Positions 11,841 through 24,080 are shown, counted from the first letter of the stretch. The stretch is DNA of 64,000 nucleotides from Vicugna vicugna (GCA_013265495.1 MU058687.1:682001-746000), one strand, 5' to 3'. Translations and numbers: made by a program. The notes: generated by a model from the letters alone, not told the origin.

Positions 11841-13911
11841 ATAGCTCATGGCCCCCCGCCCCTCTGATGCTGTTAAGAACTCCAATTAAGACCCCAGTTA
11901 GAAACCAGCAATCCTTTCACGTTCACAAAGAAGAAGCCTTAGGAGGTGGGATGGAGAGAGGCTCTCCGAGGGTGACAGAGCTAGTCCCAGCTGGAATAGA
12001 GACAGAATGCAAGTCCCTCTCACAGAGCAGATCTTTATTGAGAACCAGTCCCTGTTCTAAGCACTGAGGCTTCAGTCAGCCATGAATAAGACCTAAAGTC
12101 CGTTTTCATGGAGTTCGCATTCTGATGGGGGAAGGCTGACAAACACACAGGTAATAAAATGTTGAGCAGGGAGAGAGTAGGAAGGAAGACAAAGCAGATA
12201 AACGGTAGGGGTGAGGCAGCTAGGAAGGGCCTCTAGGATAAAGTGACATTTGAGCAAGCAATGTAGAGCGAATATCTGGAGAGCTTCTGGTGGAAGGACC
12301 AGGACCAGCAGATGCAGAGGTTTGGTGTTTTCAAGGACCAGGAAGGAGGCGGTCTCTGTTTGCCTCACTTCTGAAGAAGAGAGACTCATTCTGCTCTGGG
12401 GAACATGGTAGACTGTTCTATGCTTAACAGATACTCAGCCAATATTGAACTGATGCTCAATATTGGAAGTTGGGAGGCTGAGAAGAGTCTGGGGCAGGGG
12501 TTGGAGCTACACAGGTTTCTGGCTGGTGGAGAGGTCAGGGCAGTTGCCATCTGCCCAACCTGGTGCCTGGCCCATGACCCCTGCAAGGGGAGCTCCTGGT
12601 AGCGGCTCCCTGAGGCTTCCTGAGTGAACTCCTGGTGGGTGGGGGAGTGGTGGTGTTCAAGCAGCTCTGAGTCAGGCAGCTCTGCCAGGATGATGGTCTT
12701 TAATTGGCTTCTCTGCGTGTGGAGTCCTCCATGTGCCACCCCAGGGAGGTGGTGCAGCTGGAGAGAACTGCTCATCACCTCTCCGCCTGCAGGCTTTGGT
12801 GGGGCGTGGAAGGAGTGGGGCTGGAGCTGGTAGGGGGGTTGGAGGGGACTCTGAGTTAAGGTGGGGCTCCCATGCTGAGCAAAGGGCTGGTACGTTCTGA
12901 GGTGATTTCTTGCTCGAACATCTAGACACAGCTCCTGTCCAAGTTGGGGAAGAGCATAAAATAAGAATTGTTTCAGGCATGAGTGGAGGCTGTTTCCTGA
13001 TCCCTCATCATTATTTTACTTTCTGAATCACCCTTGCTGGGTCAATGGGGTTTGGGGTCCAGACGGTTATTTTAAGACTGAAAACTTGGCAATTAATTTT
13101 AAGGCTCCCCAATTTCCCAGCTAGTTAGGCGATTTACTTTATCTCTTTGAGCCTCGGTTTTCCATCTGTAAAATATGGGTTATACAAAAAGAATGAGCCC
13201 AGTAGCCGGCACATGGGGGCACTCGGCAGTCCAAGCCTAAACCCTGAAGTTGCCTTTCAGTTTCTATCTGAGGTTGAGAAGATCCCTGCTTCACCCCACC
13301 TGAGCAAGCAGCTCTCCATGGGGACTTCTGACTCCAGTGCCATTTCTCCTAGCTCCCTTTGGCAACACACAGGTCACCTGCTTGGGCAGGGTGGCAGCTG
13401 ACCTGTCCCCCAGGCATGGGGCAGCATTTTGGGGAAAGGTGTAGAAGCAAGGACCTGCCTTCGTGCCACAGAGGCATGCTTCCTGTGTCTCTAGCTGGAT
13501 ACCTGCCACCACCCCAACCCCATGCATGAACCCCTCCCCAGGTCCCGGTGGTCTTGTTTTCCAAGATTCCTGCTCCCTCTCTAGGGACCTGAATAAGCTG
13601 TGGATTCCTATGGCTCTGCCCTCACCCCTCATAGGCCACGCAGAAGAGGGCCAGAGACTATTCTTGGTCTTCTCCATCCACCAGGTGGCTTGAAAGTTGC
13701 TGGGCATGTTTACTGGGCTTCTTGGGTTACAGGGAGCAAATATTCCTTAAAATATGTTGATGGTTAAACATGTGGTCCTCTCTCCATGACCCTAAACCCT
13801 GCCCAGTATCATTTAGGGAAGGGAAAAGGAAAGAATCAATGGGAAAATTTGGGGGGCAGAAATGTGACTCTGGTGACATCAGACTTGGGCAAGATAGGGT
13901 AATGATCCAGG

Positions 13912-14093
13912 CATTTTTGGGGGAACCTCCATACTGTTTTCCATAGTGGATGCATCAATTTACATTCCTACCAACAGTGTCCTAGGCTTCTGTTTTCTCC
14001 ACATCCTCGCTAACATTTGTTATTTGTGGTCTTTTTGATGATAGCCATTCTGACAGGTGTGAGGTGATATAACATTGTGGTTTTGATTTGCAT
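13912..14093 (-). mobile_element. Internal L1 ORF2-end fragment
   Basis: Closely matches 10930-11108 (ctgttttccatagtgg...ggtgtgaggtgatat...gatttgcat). Confidence 0.85.
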
Positions 14094-14577
14094 GACAGTG
14101 AATTTGTTTTTGTTTGCTTAAGTTGTCATCTACCTGGGCATTGGGGTTACAGTGGAGGGAGACAGACATTAATCTACTACTCAGAGAAATAAATATTCAA
14201 TTGCAATGGGGATCTGGGCTTTGATAAAAGGGAACGTCGGGCTTGGGGAATGCACAGTTTTGGGAATAGACCCAGCCAGGCTGGTGACAGAGGGCTTCCT
14301 GGAGAAAGTGATTTCAGAACCGAGATTTAGAGGGTGAATAGGAGTTAATTAGTCCAAGAAGGGAGGAAGCATTTCAAGTAGAGGGACTAGCAGAGACCCT
14401 GCATGTGTGAAGGGCTGACTCTACCAGATTTGCCTTCAGAAAATTCACTTTCGATAAAGAGAGGTCATTTGGGAGGCTTTTTTTCCCCAATTAAAATCAT
14501 CTTTGAAAAGAGACTGAACAGATTTATAATAGTATTAGAGTATTTCTTTAGCATAGTAATTATTACTTTTCCCAATC

Positions 14578-14907
14578 TTTTAAAAAATTATGGTAAAAAA
14601 GCTACATAACATTAAATTTACCATTTTTCCATTTTTAAGTGTACAGTTCAGTAGTGTTAAGTATATTCACAATGTAGTGCAACTGATCTCCAGAACATTT
14701 TCATCTTGCAAAACTGAACCTCTGTCCCATTAACTAATAACTCCCCATTTCCACTTCTCCACAGCCCCTGGCAACCACCACTCTGCTTTCTGTTTCTGTG
14801 AATTTGTTCTAGGTACCTCCCAGAAGTGGAATCATATGGGATTTGTCTCTTTGTGACTGGCTTTTTTCACTTAGCGTAATATCCTCAAGTTGTAGCAGGT
14901 GACAAGA
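14578..14907 (-). mobile_element. L1MA/L1MB-like 3' end
   Basis: catttttaagtgtacagttcagtagtgttaagtatattcaca...gactggcttttttcacttagc. Confidence 0.85.
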
Positions 14908-17900
14908 CATCTAGGAGGCTTTTGCAGGACGCTGAGTGAGAGCTGATGGGGGCTGGGACTAGGGCTTGGCAACGAAGAGGCGAGAAGTGGATGGGATCAG
15001 GGAGATTGAGGAGAGGTGGAGCCACAAGATTCTGTTAAGGATGGGAAGGTGGTAAGGTCAGGTGAGGCGGTGCTCCTGCTTTTGGCCTTGGACTTCAGAG
15101 GGGGCTGTGGCCAGTCCAGTGGCACTCAGACTTGTGGGCTTCTTTGGAGGATGGGGCTGGGGCGTGATGCAGGGGCTGAGTTGTGAGCAGAGGAAACTGA
15201 GAAAGAATCTCTTTACTGTCCTCAGCCCAGAGCCTCGTGGGGACCAGAGGGGACAAGGAACCAGCAGCCACTCTGGCTTCTTGGCCACCTTGTTTATATC
15301 TTCCTACAGAGCACAGATCTTGCTGCATCGGAAGGATGGGTCTCTATGGCATCCCAGATGGAAGGCAGGAGGACGCATCTAAGAGTTCTGCCCTCTGTCC
15401 CTCCCTATTCATAAACCATGAGGCTGAGCACTGCAAGGGTCCACCCTGCTGTCCCTGGTTTGTTTCATTCTCCTTGGAATGGTATAGCCCTTCTGGCACA
15501 GAGACCCTCCTCGCTACTCCCATCTCCCCCAAGAAGTGGTTGTTTTCCCCTCTGAGAGATAAATTGCCTAGGAAAGAATCTTGACCCTGATCCTCTTCAG
15601 CTCTGTAGCAAGTCATTTTTCCCCCCAGTGATATGCTCGGAGAGCCCAGGTTGAACGTTTACAGAGAGCAGACAGGGCACCAGACCCAGCGAGGCCGAGA
15701 CAGAAGCGGGCCCCCCCTCGGAGGAGCAAAGGGCTGTAGATGTGGCCATGATATCAGTGTAAACAGGTGTAGTGGTGGCTCATGAAAAAAGGTGATTAGT
15801 TCCACTTGGTTTTGGTGTGAGGCAGTGGGAAAGAGTTGTCAGAAAGCGCTAGAGAAGATGTGATTTTCTAGGACTGTGTCTTGGAAGATTTCTATCAGCT
15901 TGGATGAAAAATTCAGGAAGTGGATCAGACATGGGAATTCCCAGCAGGGAGACACCCGAAACAGGCTCGTGCATTCAGCTTGTTATCAGCAGGCATCTGC
16001 CGAGAGAAGTCAGCTGGGTCTCCACACACCACGATGTGGCTTTAGTCTCTCTGGCTGTAGAAGGGGTGGGGGTGGAGGGAGGTGAGGAACTTCCAGCAGA
16101 GAAGCCATTAGGGTGGTGGTCAACTGGAGATAAGTAAAAATATTTTCCATATAACACTTACTTGACCCCCAGTGCTGTTGTAGAAGCCATACATGTATGA
16201 ATTTATGTAATAATCACATGAACCCTACACAGTAGTCACCACCATGGTGTCCATTTTCCAGGTGGGAAAACACCCAGAGTTGCACAGAGCAGGGGATAGG
16301 ATTTGAACCAGGCAGTCTGGCTCTAGACTCTGCTTTCAACCACTGTGTTAGGCTGTGTCTCCCAGCCAGCTCTGAGCAGAAGCATTAGGAGACCAAGGAG
16401 GGAAAATGGCCTGGAGCGGGCCTCCGATGAGATGTGGGTGGAAGCGAGGGTGAAGCCATGACAGGTGCCCAGATGCTGTGGTACCATTCACTGAGCTGCC
16501 TTCACTGAAATGTGGAACCAGGAAGAAAGAGAGTCTTGCTGGCCTCGTTCTCTCTATCTGTAAAATGGGGACAGGAATACCCATCTCAATGGTATAGAGC
16601 CTGCATGGAGGTCATTTATATGCACTAAAGGTGCTCTGTCAACATAGCTTGCCTCTGCCGCCTCCTTCCTGGCCCTGCCCACTATTGCAAATGTGCCTGT
16701 TGTCCCCTCTGTCCCCTTCCTGGCCACCTCTGGGGGCACCCTGCCCTCTGGGAATTTCTTTCTCTGTCATTTTCTCATGGAGCTAGAAGTGGCTTTGAAG
16801 CCTGCCCGGCTCTTTAGAGAGAGAGAGGTAAGAGTAGTTCAAGGGATGTAGGTTGGAAGTATTTGAAAATGCAGATGGGCCACATGAGTACCTTTTATTT
16901 CTGTTCAGAACATCTGCGTGTCTCTATGGTCCCCCTACGCCCCAGAGTAATACCTCCCCTCACCCCGTTGCAGAGAGGATGTGAGAGCGCCCACAGTGGG
17001 AGGGGGGCTGCTGTGAGCTCGGGGCAAGGGAGGCTAGGCAAAGCTGTCACCCACCCGCCCCACCCTGCCATGCCACCAAAATAGAAGGGCCAAGGGGTCA
17101 GCCCCAGGGAGGGGCTGGCAGGGAGAGCCTTTGAAGCAGGAAACAGCCTGGGAGGGAGGCTGAGGGAAGCAGTTTGTTAATATTCACAGCGGAGGCAGCA
17201 GTCTTCTCTAGGTTTTCAGTGTTTCCGCAGCAGGCAGAGACATCAGCAACCTCGCTCAGCAACGCCAGGGCCTGGGAGGCGAGGCCTGGGTTTGGCTCAT
17301 AAATCCCTGGGTGACATTGGGCATCTCACCTCCATCTCTGGGCCTTGGTTGTCTTTTTTGTAGCATCAGGGACTGTGATTAGATCACCTTCCAGGTTCTT
17401 CTCTGCTGTAGCATTTGGGATTCACATCCTCAATAACTTGGCCACTGACCCCTGCCTCGGCAAACCCCCTTCCCATCCTCTGCGTGGCACTCAGGCTTGG
17501 CTAGACCCAGGAAATGTGCTAGGAATGTCTCCGGACCAGCAGGGATGCAAAGGCAGACTGAGGAATGGTGGGCCTGACTAGAGCCCGCTCCCCGGGAGCA
17601 TCCTCAGGAGAGGGGCTGTGGGCACATATATGATGTCTTAGTGGGACATCTGAGGTATTTAACAGTCAGGGCAGCTCAGGCGGGGACTGATGCACTTGGG
17701 GGAGGGGGCGGCTATGTGCTGTTAACCCTTTGGGGGATGGCTGAGTGTCCTGGGGGGGTGGCCAGGGAGGTGGGAAAGGGAAATACTTGGGGGGCTTGGG
17801 GCAGGGCCTGTTTATCAACTGTTAGGAAAATGTTTCAGCATTTTGACAACCCGTGTGACTGTATCAATGACCCACTGTCTCTCAACCCTGTCTGTGGGGA

Positions 17901-19149
17901 GGGAGGGACACGGAAGACTGCTGGGCCACTGGGAGCTGATTTCTAGCCATTTCCACCACTCAGTGTAGATGGCGGGTTACTGTTCCCACTTGGCCCTGTG
18001 TCCCAAACCCCCCTGGCCTGCCACCTCAAGGATACCCCCTCTCCTCCTGCCCTTGGGTACAGTGAAGGGGGTCTTCCACTCCCAACTCCTTTCTACCCAG
18101 CATCTTAGCCCAGCAGCTGCCCTGGACCACTCGGCTTCTGCTTCTTTTCTGTCTGCCTCACTCAGCCATCCTCCCTCCTTGACTCAGGGCCTGTTTGGTC
18201 CCCACCCTCAAATCCCCCATCCCCCAGGTGATGACCTTTCCCATCTCATTCTGCCTGGCCAATGGGGGAGAAAGTTGAGCTGGGGTTGCAGGCTGGGGTT
18301 AGGGGGAGCAGGTGCAATTTAAGGGCAGCTGGTGGAGGAAGATCCCGGATACCTGGTAGAGGGCCCCAGCTCTACCCACTGCCCCAACTTCCCTATGCAG
18401 CAATTTCAGTTTCTATTTTAAACAGTTTGGGTTGGTTGCTTCCCTGCCTTCCTGCTGGGTGTTTATAGTGAGGAAAATAATTGGTAATATCTGCACAGAT
18501 GGGCTGGCACTGCAGCTCATCACAGGCACCTATACCCAGGGGACCCTCCCTGCCCCAGCTTCTCTCTGCCAGCCTGAGGAACCAGCAGAAGGGGGGAAAC
18601 CGCAAGCCCCCTGCCTCCCTGGAGCCTCAGGCAGTGAGGCACAGGCAGAGCTGGGAAGCAGGAGGTCAAAAGTGCCCCAGGCATGCCCAGAGGCAGGCCT
18701 CAGCATGACAGGGAGGGGGCCCTTCCTGAGCGGCAGGGACTGACCAGGAGAAGCCCAGGCTCCACAGGCTGGGCCCTTCTGAGGGGGCTGGGGAGGGAAG
18801 CCCCTAGGGGCTCCGTTTTTGATTCCATTTTCTCCTGCAGAGCCTGAATTTGCAGCTCGGGGTAGGGGAGGCAGGTGAGGAGCGTGAGGAGCAGGACGAG
18901 GGTTGAACATAGGAAGCCATTTGGCTTTTCTCCCTTCTCTCAAGGCCTTGAGCAGCATTCTGGAGGGCTGGGGAGGGAATGGGAGCTGTGGGGGCTGTGA
19001 GGCATCCTGCCCAGCCTGAGCAGGGCCTGGACTGGAGTGCGTGCTGCCCATGGCCCACTCCAGGGCCCAGACAGGCTGGGGATCGGGAGACTGCAATGCA
19101 GGCGGGGCTGGGTGGGGCTCCTCAGCCACCGTGTCTCCTGTTTCACCCC

Positions 19150-19310
19150 GGCACGTGCGTGTACTGCACGTGTGGACACATGCAAGTGTGTGCACGCAGC
19201 ATCTGTGCATGTGTGCACGGAGTGCGTGGCTGTGTGCCTGTGCCCGTGTGTATATGTGTAGGTGCGGGCAGGTATATGCTGCATAGACATGTCCATGTGT
19301 GCGTGTCTGT
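19150..19310. repeat. Degenerate (TG)n/alternating purine-pyrimidine tract
   Basis: cacgtgcgtgtactgcacgtgtgg...gtgtgtatatgtgta. Confidence 0.75.
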
Positions 19311-19840
19311 GTCTTGGTTTGGGTTCCCCCGGAAGCTGACTCTGAGACAAGGGTTCCATTGTAGGTGGTTTATTGGGAGCTGATCCCAGGAAGCATGGCG
19401 GGGAAGTGAAAAAGAAAATTGGGAGAGAAAGACAGCCAGTGAGAGACATGCTCTTAAGCAAATCACCACTGCAGGCAACTGAAGCTGTCTCACTGGGAAC
19501 CCTGAGAGTGTGTCAAACATGACTAGTGTCCTCCCATCCAGAGGGGCAGGGAATCTGGGTATTTGTCCACCAGCTCCCATCCGTCAGTGGTTGAAGGCAC
19601 TTTTGGCTTGTACTGCCTGTGGGCCAAGGGTCAGATTCGAGTGGCCAGGAAGGAGCCTTCAGTGTGGGGTGGTAATGCCGAGGGGATCTAGGTGGCACCA
19701 CTGAGCCTGCGCTTCTGCTGCTGCGCGGTGGGTGCGGTGGGTGCGGTGGGTGCGGTGGGTGCGGTGGATGCTGTGCTGTGCTGCTCAGGCCCCCTCAGGA
19801 ACGACGGGCTGAGTCCTCCAGTTGTTGCAGGTGCTGTCAG
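19305..19840 (-). mobile_element. ERVL LTR (LTR33/LTR16-like)
   Basis: tgtcttggtttgggttccccc...ctgagacaaggg...tttattgggag is the reversed LTR33/16-type 3' end with AATAAA. Confidence 0.65.
19725..19769 (+). repeat. 9-bp tandem repeat (GCGGTGGGT)x5
   Basis: Four perfect units and one with a single mismatch. Confidence 0.95.
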
Positions 19841-19844
19841 TAAA

Positions 19845-20180
19845 CAGTCTTCTGGGCAAACCTACCTTGGAAACTGTCCCATCTGAAGAAAGCCACCATG
19901 CCTGACGTCACACTCCTTTTCTGAGTGGCCCACGTCCAGTGACTGACTGATAAACAGGTATAAAAGCCTGATCCTTTGTCCCCACTTAGGTTAACTCTGA
20001 AGGGCATCTTGGCGCTAGTTCCCACCTTGGGTTGGCTCAGACTGTCATTTGGGCCTGCATCACAGCCTGGCCTCCCCACTGTTGAGCTCTGCCTTCTGTT
20101 CCCTTCCTTAAATGCTATCGCAAGAGCAGCCTTAATGTACCGCACTAATCTCTCTGAGTAGTACCCAGCCCACACAGTAT
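19845..20180 (+). mobile_element. ERVL LTR (LTR16/LTR33-like) with TATA box and CRE
   Basis: gtataaaagcctg...aactctgaagggc...gggcctgcatcacag; TGACGTCA at 19903-19910, TATAAAAG at 19959-19966. Confidence 0.6.
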
Positions 20181-20794
20181 GTGTGTGTGTGCGTAGTTCT
20201 GTCTTACAAGTAGGCACATATGGGTGTGGGTGTGTTAAGGCCCTTCATGCAGTGACCTAGAGGCCGGGCTGGTCCCTCTGCCAGCCCAGGCAGGCTCCTA
20301 GGGGCCCGGGACCGAGAGGCTGTTGGGGATTTCGTGTTGAGGCTGGGGTCTGAGGTAGGCAGAGATGGTTTCTTTCCCACACCACCTGTGAGCAGCCCCC
20401 AGTAGGGAGATATGAGGGACTCGAGAGAGGCCATCAGGGGACTGGGGCTCCTCGGTGCTCCAGGCAGCTCAGTAAAGCCTCAGTCACCCTGGCTCACATC
20501 CCTTCCTCCTGACTTCCAAGGCTCTTAAGTCTAGAAGGGCTCTTTCTTCAGCATGGACCTTGCCTTGCCTTGCAGAATCAAATAGATGCCATCACCCTGC
20601 ATCCAGGCTACTCCAAGCACAGAAGTCCTCCAAGCCAGAGTGCCTACTCCTCCTCCTAAGACCTGGATGTGGGCATGTCCTGTCAAGAAGGCTCCTGGGG
20701 GCCAGGAGGGCTTGAGGATGGAGGTCAGCCTTGCAGAAAGAATGGAACACAGTTGAGGTGGAGGCAGGCAAAGGACAGTAAGAGGCCCAGCGGG

Positions 20795-22358
20795 CACCAG
20801 GTGCTACAGAAATGTTTATTACAAGGATAAATATATACAATAATGGGACATTAAAACTGCTGATCCTGGGCCTGTGAGACCAGGGGGTACAGGGAATGGA
20901 GGGCTGGGTAACTCCTAGGGTTGGGGAGATGGTGGGACAAGATGGTGGATCCATAGCTCCAAGCTCTGGATGGGGCCTGGGAATGACCAGATCCCCAGAT
21001 TGTGCAAAATGAGATCCTATAGCTTGAACCCCAATGAACCTGCCCTCCCGATGCGCTTCCCTCTTGCCTGCCTGGATGTTCCCTAGTGGCTGAGGATGTT
21101 GAGTGCAGCTCTGAGCAGGGGTGCCAGTGAAGAAGCTTCAAGGCTGAGCAGGAGTCCACTGCTGACCTCCGAGGAATCAGAGGTCAGAAACCTCATTGGC
21201 CTTTGAGAGGAAGGCCTGACCTTCTTCTCCTTTGAGTTTGGCTCCAGCCTGGATGCTGTAGGCATAATCCAAATAGCTTGGAACGCCCCTCCTTGGGAGG
21301 TTTCTGCCATATCCCTACCCACGAATACTAAGTTATCCCTTAGTATCCCTTAGATACATTCTCCTCACTCTTGCTCACCTCCTCTAGGAAGCCTTCCTGG
21401 GCTGCTCAGCTGCCATGCCAAGCCTGTGTCCCTTCCGTCATCTACTCTCACTGCTCAGGATGAGCGCTGCATTCCCACAGGGCTGGACTGAGGGCCCTGC
21501 TCTTAGTGGCTGCTGGGCTGATGGCACTCTCTCGCTGTCTACTTGGGATGGTGCCAGCTCAGAGAACCCCAAGAGGAGCCCAGGAAAAGATGATGGGGGC
21601 AGGGAACAGGGGCAGAGGGGGGGGCTCTGTGTGGTCCAGCAATATTTCAGGGCCCTCCTGGCTCTCTATCTCGTCTGCCTTTCGTCCCTGCACAGAGAAG
21701 CTCCAAGAACCTACCCTTGGTGCAAAGTTTACATGCCTGAGACACCCCTTCTTTACCTAGAATCTACACTGTCTTACAAGCCCACAGGAGATATGAGCCC
21801 CCTCCAGAATCAGAAAGACCAAAGGATCCCTATGCTTCTGTGTATTTCCCTCTTGGCTGGCCGAGGCCTGGTCATCATGGGCCAGAGTTGGGGAAGTTCA
21901 GGTGGTCCCCTGGTGGAGACTCCTCTGGGCTGAAAGGACTGCGTCAGGTCCTCTGCCCCCTACGCAGCCCTTTCCTTCCCTGTAATCTGTTCTTTCTCTG
22001 AGGAGAGGTTAGGTAGTGGGCTGCCTGTAGGGCAGACCCTTTAGGGAATGAGCAGAATGGGGTGAGCTCCCAGCCAGAGGCAGGGTCTGCTTGAAGGGCC
22101 TGGTGGGCAGCCTACCCTCTCCTGCTTCCCAACATGGCCTGGCCTGGAGAGGGTGCCCTTGGCCCTGCTCTGGGCTGGTTGCAATGGGTAAGAATTGAAG
22201 GTTTTGCCCCGGAGGCTGCAGACTGGGAGGCCTCCTCCCGACAAGCCACCCTCATCGGTTGTCTGCAGGGGCCAGGGCTTCCCAGAGAGTCTGCAACCCC
22301 GAGCCCCCCACCTCCTCGCGCAGAGTGGTGGGGTCAGGACGCCAGGCCTTCCTGGCCA
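20795..22358 (-). other. SYNDIG1L: SYNDIG1L 3' UTR (~1.55 kb)
   Basis: Runs from the TAG stop to the AATAAA at 20815-20820; cleavage site estimated. Confidence 0.75.
20815..20820 (-). terminator. Polyadenylation signal AATAAA of SYNDIG1L
   Basis: tttatt on + strand, in an AT-rich patch with UGUA motifs just upstream on the minus strand. Confidence 0.8.
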
Positions 22359-22517
22359 CTAGCTATGGCCATTCTGGGACATGTAAGCTGCCAGAGCCAC
22401 CACCACGGCCACATAAAGACCAGTTCCTACGGCGATGGAGAGTGTGGCCAGGAAGAGGGCCCGGCGGGAGGTGGTGCTGGCCAAGCGGAAGTCCCCCTTA
22501 GAGATGGCCTTGCTGGT
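22359..22517 (-). CDS. SYNDIG1L: SYNDIG1L last coding exon (aa 187-238, C-terminal transmembrane segment)
   Basis: Polypyrimidine tract with ctag|ACC. Encodes [55 protein letters not shown]. Spliced total is 139+47+52 = 238 aa. Confidence 0.97.
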   Translation of the reverse strand, partial: TSKAISKGDFRLASTTSRRALFLATLSIAVGTGLYVAVVVALAAYMSQNGHS

Positions 22518-22656
22518 CTAGGGAGAGAGAGACACTGATGAAAGGGAGCATCACCACGGCCAGCAAAACAGCCCCAGCCCGCCAGGCCCCTGGCCCCAGG
22601 CCCCTCAGGGGAGGGGAGAGGCCAGAGCAGAAGCCCTGGGCCCCACTGGCTCTTAC

Positions 22657-22797
22657 CCCCTGGGAGAAGTAGAAGGCGGCAATGCCCAGTGGCCAGAAGC
22701 AGCAGAGCATGGAGAAGATAGTGAGACCCAAGTGGTCCCTGGGAGGCAGCGTAAGGAAGTTGTCTTCACTTTCACTCTCTGTCGAGGTTGCATCACT
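22657..22797 (-). CDS. SYNDIG1L: SYNDIG1L coding exon (aa 140-186, start of CD225 domain)
   Basis: Acceptor tttacag|AGT and donor GGG|gtaaga. 141 nt, phase 0, encoding [47 protein letters not shown] (CD225/dispanin CCFWPLG motif). Confidence 0.97.
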
Positions 22798-22899
22798 CTG
22801 TAAAACATGAGTGGGCTTCTGTGACCTGGCCTAGGATCACCCACTGGCAGTGAGTCTCATCTGCCATTAGTGGGAGTGTGGGCTGGACCCAGCACTCTC

Positions 22900-24080
22900 T
22901 GCCAAAAGCCTTGACAACGGCCCAATGCTTCCACCCTTAGGAATTTACTACCAGGAAAGAATACAAGTATACACATACAGGAATGTTCATCATAGGAGAG
23001 TAATTGTGAAGGATTAGAAAAAAATTTCAGTGCCCAATGACTAGGCGAGTGAATTAGTAAGTGATAGAAGAATTTACAGTGGGATACTATGTAACCCTTA
23101 AAAACCACCTTGAAGAAAAAAGTTACGTGGAGCAATACGGAAATTTGCTGCTTAAAGAGGAGCATTTGGTAATAGAACTATGTATAGCAACATCTCTTTT
23201 GGAGAGTAGGGTAGGAAAAAAAATATGAATAAAAAAGGCTAGAGGATCATCCACTGAAATAATAGTGATCTTGGAGTAGTTTTCTGTATTGAGTTTAAAT
23301 TACTTATATAATTAAAAAACAAAAGAACAACACGAATTTCCTCAAAGACTAAATGTCCATCAATGGATGGATGAATGGATAAACACAATGTGACCGATGT
23401 ATCTACATCTATATGCACAATGGAATACTATTCAGCCATAAAAATAAAGAAATCCTGCCATTTGTGACAACATGATTCTTGCTGCTTTATGCTAAACAAG
23501 TCAGAGAACAACAAATGCCATATGACTTCACTTATATGTGGGATCTAAAGAAGCTGAACTCATTGAAACAGAGAGTAGATTGGTGGTTGCTAGGGGCTGG
23601 GGAGTGGGGGAAATGAGGAGATGTTAATGAGTACAAACTTCGAGTTATAAGAGGAATAAGTTCTGGGGATCTAACGTACAGCATGGTGTCTGTTAACAGT
23701 AATGTATTGCATACTTGAAAGTTTCTAAGAGAGTCGATCTTAAATGTTTTCACTGTAACAACAACAGCAAAATGGTAATTTCGTGAGGTGAAGGACGTGT
23801 TAACTAACCTTATCGTGGTAAACTTTTGCAATATGTACGTGAATCAAATCATCACATTGTATACCTTAAACTTACAAGTTACATATCAATTGTATCTCAA
23901 TAAAGCTGGAGAAAAACAAGAACAAAAATGCTATTAAAATTAATGAGTCATAATCTTTGAAAATTGTGAATCACTATGTTGTACACCTGAAACTTATATA
24001 ATATTGTAAATCAATTATACTTCAATAGAAAGATACTCTAAAAAAAATCCTAATGCAATAAACATTAAAAAAAAATTTAG
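22900..24080 (+). mobile_element. Stack of L1 3' fragments (old L1ME-like plus L1MA-like) in the intron between coding exons 1 and 2
   Basis: L1MA-type 3' UTR at 23350-23920 ending tctcaataaagctggagaaaa; further L1 tail at 23940-24075. Confidence 0.8.

Noticed and set aside
17175..17190. HNF1 site (gttaatattcac)
   Set aside because: The spacing is one base short of GTTAATNATTAAC and there is no supporting context.
18530..19704. Overlapping 130-226 aa ORFs
   Set aside because: They cross a degenerate TG tract and an LTR, translate to low-complexity sequence, and have no splice or homology support.
19725..19769. CRISPR-like array
   Set aside because: There are no spacers; it is a simple tandem repeat in a mammalian genome.
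21415..21933. 172-aa ATG ORF antisense to the SYNDIG1L 3' UTR
   Set aside because: No recognisable protein features, and the length is compatible with chance in GC-rich sequence.
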